Assembly: GCA_051002015.1 (NCBI GenBank)
Contig: JBPCMS010000031.1
Coordinates: 1 to 61,293 of the forward strand
DNA length: 61,293 nucleotides
From: Acidimicrobiia bacterium
Lineage (GTDB): Bacteria; Actinomycetota; Acidimicrobiia; Spongiisociales; UBA5794
Reading direction: 5' to 3'
Shown in pieces: positions 49,425 to 58,219 of the stretch. The stretch's first letter is position 1. Every line of letters begins with the position of its first letter. Below the pieces are notes generated by a model, which was not told where the DNA came from, ran no database searches, and saw only the letters and a program-made list of their open reading frames with translations. The position numbers and the translations under genes are program-made.

Positions 49425-49584
49425 GACCGGGGTCACTGTAGGAGGGCCCCGGGGATCGGCGGCAGGAATCGGCGCCACCGCGGTGCCGGCGCCGACTCCG
49501 CCCCGGGGAGCGAACGCAGGAGCGCCCGCCCGGCGGTGTCGGTCCGCCGAGCGGGCGCCGGCTTCGTGGGCCCGCCGAATCCTG

Positions 49585-49998
49585 TCAGTTGTTGGGGGGA
49601 GCGGCGCTGATCCCGCTGAGGATGGCGCCCGAATCACCCTCCACGGCCAGGTCGCCGAGCGAGACGATCCCGACCACCGAGCCGCCGTCGACGACCGGGA
49701 TGCGCCGCAGCGCCTTCTCCCGCATCAGGTCGGCTGCCTCCTCGACGGTGGTGTCGGAACCGACGGTGGCGACGTCGCTGGTGCAGATGTCGCCGAGGCG
49801 GGTGGTCGCCGGCTCCGACCGACCGGCGATCGCCTTCACCACGATGTCGCGGTCGGTGACGATCCCGCACAGCTCGCCGTTGCGTGAAACCAGCACGTCA
49901 CCGATGTCGTTGTCCCGCATGGCCTGCGCCGCTTCGACGATGCTGGCGTCATCGCCCAGCATGATCGGGTTGGGTGTCATGACCTGGCCGATGTTCAT
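49585..49998 (-). CDS. CBS domain protein
   Basis: 'EAAQAMRDNDIG', 'GIVTDRDIV', 'RRIPVVD..VGIVSLGDL'; RBS GGGAGG. Confidence 0.92.
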   Translation of the reverse strand: MNIGQVMTPNPIMLGDDASIVEAAQAMRDNDIGDVLVSRNGELCGIVTDRDIVVKAIAGRSEPATTRLGDICTSDVATVGSDTTVEEAADLMREKALRRIPVVDGGSVVGIVSLGDLAVEGDSGAILSGISAAPPNN

Positions 49999-50050
49999 CC
50001 TTCGACCTCCCGGATCGCTTCGCCGCCGGTGGCGGCCGGTCACCCCTCAC

Positions 50051-50076
50051 CTACCCGCCGACGCCGACGCTCAACC
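50051..50076 (-). promoter_or_regulatory. SigF/SigB-type promoter of the CBS gene
   Basis: Minus strand GGTTG-N15-GGGTAG. Confidence 0.4.
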
Positions 50077-50145
50077 CACATCCCGGGAGAGTCATCGCCC
50101 ACGCTGCCCGGGGAAGGCGGCATCGGGTCCGGATAGGGTGCGGCC

Positions 50146-51928
50146 ATGGTCACCCCACCCGTCACCACCGGCGCCCCATCCGGTGCGGTGCGGCAGGGTC
50201 TGGGTCTGCTGAGGCGCACCGCTCTCCAGTTCCGGGCGGATTCGTTCCGGTCGATCGGAGGCGCCCTGGTGTGGATGGCGGCGATCGTGGCCAGCCCGTA
50301 CCTGATCAAGCTGATCGTCGACGACGCCCTGAAGGACGGCGACACCGGCATGCTGGTGCCGCTGGTGGCGATCCTGGTGACGGTGGGGCTGGTCCAGGCG
50401 GTCGGGATCGCGGTGCGCCGCTACTTCGGGTTCCGGCTGTCCTATCGGGCCGAGGCCGACCTGCGCAACCGGATGTTCGCCCACCTGCAGCGGCTCGGGT
50501 TCCGCTTCCACGACGAGACCTCGACCGGCCAGCTGAAGGCTCGGGCGTCATCCGATCTCTCCCAGGTGCGGTCGATGTTCGCCATGCTCCCCATCACCGT
50601 TGCCAACATCGGGATGTTCATCGCCGTCGCCGCGGTGCTGATCCTGATCGATCCCTTGCTGGGAATGGTGTCATCGCTGATCATCCCCTTGCTGTTCTTC
50701 GCATCCGCCCGGTACGCCCGAAGGGTGATCGGGCTGTCGTTCGAGGTTCAGGAGCGGCTCGCCGACCTGTCCCAGGTGGTCGAGGAGACCGTCGGAGGCA
50801 TACAGGTTGTCAAGGCATTCGGCCGGGAGGCGACCGAGCAGCCCGGCTCGACGCCACCGCCGACCGGATCTACGACCGGACCATCGCCCTGGCTCGGGTG
50901 TCGTCCGGTTTCAGCCCGCTGTTCGAGCTGATCCCTTCGCTGGGAACGGTTGCCGTGCTCTGGTTGGGCGGGTTCCGGGTGATCGACGGCGCCATCACCA
51001 TCGGAGATTTCGTCGCCTACACCCAGTATCTGATCATCCTGGTGCTCCCCATCAGGATCACCGGCTGGTTCTTCGCCAACCTGCCGAGGGCGGCGGCGTC
51101 TGCGTCCCGGGTCGAGCTGCTCCTCGGCACCGTGGCCGACCCGGGCGAGCCCGACGATCCGGTGCCGCTCCCCGACGGCCCGGGCGAGGTCGCCTTCGCC
51201 GGGGTGCGGTTCGGATACGGGCCGGTTCCGGTGCTCGACCGGGTCGACCTGCCCATTCCGGGCGGGACCTCGGTGGCGCTGGTCGGTTCGACCGGGGCCG
51301 GTAAGACCTCCCTTGCCTTCCTCATCCCCCGGTTCCACGACGTCGACGCCGGAGTGGTGCGGCTCGACGGGCTCGATGTGCGCTCGATCTCGCTGGACGA
51401 GCTGCGGGGCGAGGTGGCGGTTGTGTTCCAGGAGTCGTTCCTGTTCTCGTCCTCGGTGCGGGACAACATCGCCCTTGGTGCTCCCGACGCCACGGACGAG
51501 CAGGTCAGGGCGGCGGCGCGGCTGGCCCGCGCCCACGACTTCATCTGCCGACTCCCCGAGGGATACGACACCGTGGTCGGGGAGCGGGGTCACAGCCTGT
51601 CCGGCGGTCAGCGGCAGCGGGTCGCCCTGGCTCGGGCGGTGCTGCGCGACCCGCGGGTCCTGATCCTCGACGACGCCACCTCGTCGGTGGACGCCGTGGT
51701 CGAGGCCGAGATCCAGGAGGCGTTGCCTCAGGTGATGGCGGGCCGCACCACGGTGATCATCGCCCACCGCACCTCGACCCTGGCCCTGGTCGACCAGGTG
51801 GTGTTCCTCGACCGGGGGCGGATCGCCGCCGTCGGCCCCCACGGGCTGCTCCTCGCACCGAGCCCCGGTATGCCGAGGTGCTGGCAAGCGGCGACGCCGC
51901 CGCCACCGACGGTGAGGCGGCGTCGTGA
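50146..51928 (+). pseudogene. ABC exporter (TMD+NBD) subunit 1, frameshifted
   Basis: Single-base deletions near 50841 and 51856. 'GSTGAGKT', 'LSGGQRQR' and 'DDATS' are present. The corrected stop at 51926-51928 overlaps the next GTG. Confidence 0.8.
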
Positions 51929-53693
51929 AGTACCTGTCGTCTGCCGGGGTGAAGGCTGAGCAGCCGGGGAAGCTGCTGCGACGGGCGGCGGGGATGTCCC
52001 GACACCTGCTGTGGCCGGCGGTCGGCGCATTCGGGGTGACGGCGCTTGCCACCGTCGCCCGGTTGCTCGGTCCCCTGGTGGTCGGCGGCGGCATCGACGC
52101 CGGCATCGACGCCGGCGACAAGGCTGCGATCACCAGGGCGGCCGTCGCCTACCTGGGACTGCTGGCGGTCCAGTACGTCGCCGCCCGCTGGTCGCAGCTC
52201 GCCGTGGCGACGGTGGGCGAGCGGTTCCTCAAGATGCTGCGGTCCCGCCTCTTCGGGCACCTCACCCGGCTCGACATGGGCTTCTACGACGACGCCAAGA
52301 CCGGGGTGTTGGTGAGCCGGATGACCTCGGACATCGAGTCGATGACCGAGTTCGTCAACGAGGGGGCGGTGCTCACCCTCACCAACCTGCTCACCGCGGT
52401 CGGGGTGGCGGTGGTGATGGTCATCGTCGACCCGCCCCTGGCGCTCGGCGTCTTCGTCGTCATCGCCGCTCTTGTCGCAGTGTCGGTGCTGTTCTCCCGG
52501 CAGGTGGCGGAGGCATACGAGCAGGTGCGGGAGCGTATCGGACGGGTGCTGGCCGGGCTCCAGGAGGGGATCACCGGAGTCAGGGTGGTCCAGGCCTTCA
52601 CCCAGGAGTCGGCGCAGGCGTCCGACTTCGCCAGGACCAACGAGCGTTACGTCGAGGCGAGCATGGCCGCCGCCTAGGCCATCTCGTGGTACTTCCCGGT
52701 GGTGGCCTTCCTGCGGATCGTCGGGATAGGGCTGGTCCTCCTGGTGGGCGGGCGCCGGTGGTCGACGGCGGGCTCAGCTTCGGTGATCTGGTGGCGCTGT
52801 TGCTCTACGTCAACTGGTTCTTCGAGCCGATCATCAACCTGGCCAACGTGTACAACCTGCTCCAGGCGGCGCTGGCGGCGCTGGGCAAGGTGTTCTCCCT
52901 GCTGGACCGGCAGCCGGCGGTGTCGGAGCGCTCCACCGCCTCCGATCTGTCCGGCCCGGTCGTCGGGGAGCTGGTGCTCGATGGGGTCACCTTCGGCTAC
53001 GGCGACCAGCCGGTGCTCGAGGAGGTCTCGCTCCGGGTGCCGCCGGGCCAGCGTCTCGCCGTCGTCGGCGAGACCGGCGCCGGGAAGTCGACCATCGCCA
53101 AGCTGCTCATGCGGTTCTACGACCCCGACCGGGGCCGGGTCACCATCGACGGGAACGACCTGCGCGATCTGACCTTCGCCGCCCGGGCGGGAGCGATCAC
53201 CCTGATCCCGCAGGATGGGTTCCTGTTCAACGGGACCCTCCGGGAGAACCTGCGCTACGGCCGGCCGGACGCCACCGACCGGGAGGTGTGGGACGTGTGC
53301 CGGGCGATGGGGATCGCCGACTGGGTCGAGTCGCTCCCCGACGACCTCGACACCGATGTCCAGGAGCGGGGAAGCCGTTTCTCGGCGGGCGAGCGACAGC
53401 TGGTGGCCCTCGGCCGGGCCCTGCTCGCCGATCCAGGGGTGGTGGTGCTCGACGAGGCCACCTCGAACCTCGACCCGGAGACCGAGGTCAGGATGGAGGG
53501 GGCGATGCGGGTGCTGCTCGCCGGCCGCAGCGCGGTGGTCATCGCCCACAGGCTCCGATCGGCGCAGCGGGCCGACCGGGTGGTGATGATCGACCGCGGC
53601 CGGGTCGTCGCCGACGGGATGCGCGACGAGCTGGTGGCGTCCCACCCCGCATACCGGTACCTGGTCGAGGTGTGGGAGCGGGGCAAGGCCTGA
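51925..53693 (+). pseudogene. ABC exporter (TMD+NBD) subunit 2, nonsense plus frameshift
   Basis: In-frame TAG at 52675-52677 and a -1 shift near 52758; 'GETGAGKST', 'FSAGERQL', 'DEATS'. Confidence 0.8.
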
Positions 53694-53808
53694 TCCTCGC
53701 CCGCCCGACGGGCGGATGATGCGGGTATCGGCCGCCCCGAGATCGACGGGACCACGGCTGGACAGCAGGTGGCGGGAAGGCACCGGCCACCGTGGCAGAA
53801 TCGCCGCC

Positions 53809-54471
53809 ATGGCAGAGCCCTCGGCGCCCCGCACCACCGTCCGCAGGCTGGCCGAGCGCGGCGTCTACGACCGCGCCGCCATCGACGCCGTGCTCGACGA
53901 GGCGCTGATCTGCCACGTCGGGTTCGTCGTCGAGGGCGGCCCCGTGGTCATTCCCACCATCCACGCCAGAAGCGGGGACCTCCTCTACCTGCACGGGTCT
54001 CCCGCCAGCCGGATGCTACGCTCGATGCGGGCCGGCGACGAGGTGTGCGTCGCCGTCACCCTGGTCGACGGGTTGGTGATGGCCCGGGCCCCGTTCCACA
54101 GCTCGATGAACTACCGCTCGGTGGTGCTGTTCGGTGAGCCCCGCATCGTCGACGACCCCGACGAGCTGTGGGAGGCGTTCACGGTGCTGACCGAGCACGT
54201 CGCCCCAGGTCGGTGGGCCGACAGCAGGCTCCCCAACCAGAAGGAGATCCGGGGGACGCTGGTGGCGGCGGTGCCCATCGACCAGGCCTCGGCCAAGATC
54301 CGCACCGGGCCGCCCGGAGACGACGAGGAGGACTACGACCTGCCCATCTGGGCCGGTGTGGTGCCGCTCCGCCTCGAGGCAGGGGCGCCCATCCCCGATC
54401 CCCGCCTCGCCCCCGGGATCGGGCCTCCCCCGTACCTCACCGGCTACCGCAGACCGGGCACGGACGGCTGA
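53809..54471 (+). CDS. pyridoxamine 5'-phosphate oxidase-like flavin-binding protein
   Basis: 'ERG.YD', 'YLHGS..SR', 'DGLV.AR..FH.SMNYRS', 'KIRTG.P.DD'. Confidence 0.9.
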   Translation: MAEPSAPRTTVRRLAERGVYDRAAIDAVLDEALICHVGFVVEGGPVVIPTIHARSGDLLYLHGSPASRMLRSMRAGDEVCVAVTLVDGLVMARAPFHSSMNYRSVVLFGEPRIVDDPDELWEAFTVLTEHVAPGRWADSRLPNQKEIRGTLVAAVPIDQASAKIRTGPPGDDEEDYDLPIWAGVVPLRLEAGAPIPDPRLAPGIGPPPYLTGYRRPGTDG

Positions 54472-54474
54472 CCG

Positions 54475-55404
54475 TCACCAGGAGCGAGTGGCGGGATCGA
54501 CGTTGCTTCCGGTCAGCACGACCCCGACCCTGCGCCCGGCGATGTCGGCGTGGCGCAGCCCGGCGATCACCACCGCCGAGCTGGGCTCGATCGGCCAGCC
54601 GAGCTGGTCCCAGCACAGGCGAAGGGCGTGGGCGATCTCGTCCTCGGTGACGGTGACGATGGTCTCGACGTGTTCGGCGATGATCGAGAAGGTGCGGGCG
54701 GACAGCGAGGTGAGCAGCCCGTCGGCGATGGTGTCGGGGGCGGTCTGGGGGATCAAGGTGCCGGCGGCGAGCGACCGGGCGGCGTCGTCGGCGCCCCGCG
54801 GTTCGGCCCCGATCACCCGGAGGCGTTGGTCGATCCCGTGGGTGGCGAGCGACGTGCCCGAGATCAGCCCGCCACCGCCCACCGGGGTCATCACCGCCTC
54901 GAGTTCGGGCGCCTCGTCGAGCAGCTCGAGGGCGGCGGTCCCCGCCCCGGCGATGACATCCCGGTTGTCGTAGGGGTGGATCTCGGTGGCGCCGGTCCGT
55001 GCGATCACCTCGGCGACGGTGCTCTCCCGCGCCGCCAGGGTCGGCTCGCACTCGACGATGGTGGCACCGTACCCGGCAACGGCCCGCTTCTTCCGGTCGG
55101 GGGCATTCGAGGGCATCACCACCGTCACCGGGATCCGGCGGATCGCCGCGGCCATGGCCAGGGCGGCGGCGTGGTTGCCCGAGGAGTGGGCGGTCACTCC
55201 GCGGCTCGCCGCCTCGTCGTCGAGGAGCAGCACGGCGTTGGTGGCGCCGCGCAGCTTGAAGGCGCCCATCGGCTGGAGGTGCTCGGCCTTGGCCCACACC
55301 CGGCAACCCGCCCAGGTGTCGAGCCGGTCGTCGTGCAGCACCGGGGTCAAGGCGACGTGGGGGGCGATGCGGTCGGCCGCCGCAACCACGTCGGCGAACG
55401 TCAC
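54475..55404 (-). CDS. PLP-dependent threonine/serine dehydratase (serine racemase-like)
   Basis: 'KAEHLQPMGAFKLRGA', 'HSSGNHA', 'HPYD', 'PVGGGGL', 'TIADGL'; GTGA overlap with the upstream gene. Confidence 0.92.
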   Translation of the reverse strand: MTFADVVAAADRIAPHVALTPVLHDDRLDTWAGCRVWAKAEHLQPMGAFKLRGATNAVLLLDDEAASRGVTAHSSGNHAAALAMAAAIRRIPVTVVMPSNAPDRKKRAVAGYGATIVECEPTLAARESTVAEVIARTGATEIHPYDNRDVIAGAGTAALELLDEAPELEAVMTPVGGGGLISGTSLATHGIDQRLRVIGAEPRGADDAARSLAAGTLIPQTAPDTIADGLLTSLSARTFSIIAEHVETIVTVTEDEIAHALRLCWDQLGWPIEPSSAVVIAGLRHADIAGRRVGVVLTGSNVDPATRSW

Positions 55405-56198
55405 CCCGACGGAGTGGCGCACGTGGCGTTCCGTCGGTCGCGCCACGCCAGCCAGTCCGGCACGGTCGTCATGTCATAGTCGGGGCCGCTTAGCCCGAGG
55501 GTGAACTGGCGGAACCCGAGCTCGTACAGGGCGTCTGCACTCTCCGGTGCCGCCCCCGCCCGCACCCCGGTCGACCGCTCGATCTCCTCGGTCGGCCGCC
55601 CGATCTCGGCGCACCACCGGTCGAGCACCTTGGACTTGTGGGCAAGGGTCTCGGCGTTGCCGAAGGCGTGCCACACGTCGGCGTGGCGGGCAACCAGCCT
55701 CAATGTCTTGCGCTCGCCGCCGCCTCCGATCATCAGCGGGATCTTGCGGGTCGGCGCCGGGTTGAGCCTGGCCAGCCGCTCCTCGATGGTGGGGAGGGAG
55801 GAAGCGAGGTGGGCCAGCCTGGTCCCAGGGGTCCCGAAGTCGTAGCCATACTCGTCGTAGTCCTTCTCGAACCAGCCGGCCCCGATGCCGAGGACGAGGC
55901 GCCCTCGGGAGATGTGGTCGACGGTGCGCGCCATGTCGGCCAGCAGGTGTGCGTTGCGGTACGAGTTGCAGACGACGAGCGCTCCGATCTCCACCCGGTT
56001 CGTCTGCTCCGCCCAGGCGCCGAGCATGGTCCAGCACTCGAAGTGCTTGCCGTCAGGGTCGCCGTTGAGCGGGAAGAAGTGGTCCCAGTTGTACACCACG
56101 TCGATGCCGAGGTCCTCGGCCTTGGTGACCGCGCTGCGGATGGCGGCGTAGTCGGCGTGCTGCGGCTGGAGCTGGATCGCGATGCGGACTCGGGGCAT
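55401..56198 (-). CDS. LLM class F420-dependent oxidoreductase
   Basis: 'QLQPQH', 'NWDHFFPL.GDPDG.HFECW', 'YRN..LLADMARTVDHIS', 'GGGGERKTL'. Confidence 0.92.
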   Translation of the reverse strand: MPRVRIAIQLQPQHADYAAIRSAVTKAEDLGIDVVYNWDHFFPLNGDPDGKHFECWTMLGAWAEQTNRVEIGALVVCNSYRNAHLLADMARTVDHISRGRLVLGIGAGWFEKDYDEYGYDFGTPGTRLAHLASSLPTIEERLARLNPAPTRKIPLMIGGGGERKTLRLVARHADVWHAFGNAETLAHKSKVLDRWCAEIGRPTEEIERSTGVRAGAAPESADALYELGFRQFTLGLSGPDYDMTTVPDWLAWRDRRNATCATPSG

Positions 56199-56265
56199 GG
56201 TGTTCCTGTGGGTGGTGGCGGAGGCGGGTTTCGCCAAGCTAGCCGCCGCCCAGCACCGGCTCGAC

Positions 56266-56312
56266 AACTTTGAGCGCTTCACCTCGCCTAACGGTGTGAG
56301 GCGCTCAAAGTT
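56266..56312. repeat. 47-bp palindrome of a second type
   Basis: AACTTTGAGCGC...GCGCTCAAAGTT, a perfect 12-bp inverted repeat extended by TTCAC/GTGAG. Confidence 0.7.
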
Positions 56313-56350
56313 TCCCGAGCCGCTGGTCCCCACCGTGTAGCGTGCCCGCG

Positions 56351-57565
56351 ATGGACATCACGGTCCGCCCCGCCACCCAGGAGGAGCTGCCGGCCGTCTT
56401 CCGCACCCTGGTGCGCGGCTTTGGGGACGACCCCGAGCCCGACGACCGCGACGGCGAGCGGCTGTGGGCGGTGCTTCCCGCCGGGCGCACCGTGGTCGCC
56501 CTCGACCGGGATCGCATGGTCGGTACCCTGGGTGACTACGACATGCGGCTCGTCGTCCCCGGGGGCGCCCGGGTGGCCATGGGCGGTACCACCATCATCA
56601 CCGTCGCCCCCACCCACCGGCGGCGGGGCGTGTTGCGGGCGATGATGGCGCTCCACCTCGACGCCGTGGCGGGGAGGGGCGATCCGCTCGCCGGGCTGTG
56701 GGCCTCGGAGACCCCCATCTACGGACGGTTCGGCTACGGGTGTGCCGCCGACGGCGTCGACTACACCTTCCGCGGATCCCAAGTGGTGCTCCCCCCGCCG
56801 CCGGACGTGACCGTGGAGCTGCTCGACGACGACCCCATCGAGGTGCTCCCGGCCGTGTACGAGCGGGTGGCGGGGCGATCCGGTACCTATGAGCGGACCA
56901 CGGAGTGGTGGCGGAACCACACGCTGCGCGATGACCCCCACCGGCGTCGCGGCAAGTCGGCGCTGCGCCATGCCGTCGCCAGGCGGGCGGGAGAGGGGGT
57001 TGGCTACGTGACCTACCGCCAGAAGCAGGACTGGGAGCGGGTCCCCGAGGGCACCGTCTCGGTGCAGGCGCTGTTCGCCGCCGACACCGGGGTGCGCCGG
57101 GCGCTGGTCTCGTTCGTGGCCAACATCGACCTCTACCCCAAGGTGACCATCTGGAACCAACCGGTCGACGACCCGCTGGTGTGGGAGGTGGAGAACCGAC
57201 GCGAGCTGGTCAGCGAGGTCTCGGACTCGATCTGGATCCGGATAATGGACATCCCGGCCGCTCTCACCGCCCGAACCTACGAGACCGATGGCAGCATCGT
57301 GATCGGCATAACCGACCCGACCCGTCCCGGCAACACGGGCGCCTACGAGCTGGTGGTGACAGGCGGGCCGGCGAGCTGCTCACCCACCGGCGCTGAGCCG
57401 TCGGTGTCGATGCACATCCGGGAACTGGGTGCGCTGTACCTCGGCGGTCGCAACGCGGTCACCCTGCAGCGGGCCGGTCTGATCGAAGGCACCCGCCCCG
57501 CCGTCTCCCACCTCGACCGCCTCTTCCGCACCGTCGCCGCCCCCTGGTGCCCCGAGATCTTCTGA
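56351..57565 (+). CDS. Eis-like GNAT acetyltransferase
   Basis: 'VAPTHRRRGVL', 'LWASETPIYGRFGYG', 'WIRIMDIPAAL.AR.Y', SCP2-like tail ending in 'CPEIF'. Confidence 0.92.
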   Translation: MDITVRPATQEELPAVFRTLVRGFGDDPEPDDRDGERLWAVLPAGRTVVALDRDRMVGTLGDYDMRLVVPGGARVAMGGTTIITVAPTHRRRGVLRAMMALHLDAVAGRGDPLAGLWASETPIYGRFGYGCAADGVDYTFRGSQVVLPPPPDVTVELLDDDPIEVLPAVYERVAGRSGTYERTTEWWRNHTLRDDPHRRRGKSALRHAVARRAGEGVGYVTYRQKQDWERVPEGTVSVQALFAADTGVRRALVSFVANIDLYPKVTIWNQPVDDPLVWEVENRRELVSEVSDSIWIRIMDIPAALTARTYETDGSIVIGITDPTRPGNTGAYELVVTGGPASCSPTGAEPSVSMHIRELGALYLGGRNAVTLQRAGLIEGTRPAVSHLDRLFRTVAAPWCPEIF

Positions 57566-57651
57566 GTCGGGTTCGCGGGGCAGCCTTTCCCGGCCCCGGC
57601 GAGCCGGGGTGGGATAACGAGGCCTGCGGCGCGGCCGGGAGAGGAGTAGGG

Positions 57652-58107
57652 CTACAGGCGTTCCAGGGCTTCGAGGCGCTGGACCTCTGCGGCGGTCTGG
57701 GGGGCGGGTTGGCCGGATGGGACCGTCACCGACGGGATGCCGCCGGCGTCGCCTACCCCGGCCCTTATCGCCTGGTCCTCGACCACGATGATCCTGGAGA
57801 CGGCGGCATCGACCAGACCCTCGATCCAGGCGTCGACCACCTCCTGCGGGGTGGCGGCGAACGACCGCTCCCGGTCATCGCCGGCGGCGGCGACGACGGC
57901 GATGGCACAGAACGCCCGCATCGCCGCCCCGCCCACGTGGGATCCGTCCGACACGTCACCTGTGGCGACCTTCACCCCGCGCTCCCTGAGCATCGCCGCC
58001 TCGGCGGGGTCGGTGACGAAGGCTCGCACCTCGGCGACGTGGGGGATGAGGACGTCGACGATGGCGCGGCCCACGGGGGTGTCTGCTCCGATCACGATCA
58101 CCGGCAC
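57652..58107 (-). CDS. short NAD(P)-binding Rossmann (NmrA-like) protein
   Basis: 'VIVIGADTPVG', 'VRAFV', 'GVKVATGDVSD'. Confidence 0.75.
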   Translation of the reverse strand: MPVIVIGADTPVGRAIVDVLIPHVAEVRAFVTDPAEAAMLRERGVKVATGDVSDGSHVGGAAMRAFCAIAVVAAAGDDRERSFAATPQEVVDAWIEGLVDAAVSRIIVVEDQAIRAGVGDAGGIPSVTVPSGQPAPQTAAEVQRLEALERL

Positions 58108-58219
58108 GGGCTCAGGTTAGGGGGCGGCGCGGCGACGCTTGAGCCGGGGGCGATCACCCCGTACACTGGCTCCCCTGCATAATCATCAGACTATGCGCAT
58201 ACTATCGGAGGGAGCCCGC

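Noticed and set aside
52675-52677. In-frame TAG as pyrrolysine or programmed readthrough
   Set aside because: Nearby frameshifts in both ABC genes indicate decay or error, and there are no pyl genes.
56351-57565. Eis-like, ABC-F and MBL genes as an antibiotic-resistance island
   Set aside because: They are scattered, common actinobacterial family members without mobile context; resistance cannot be inferred from these motifs.
57585-57645. GC-rich hairpins between convergent genes (also 45248-45300)
   Set aside because: Probably ordinary terminators, and without U-tracts they are too weak to call.
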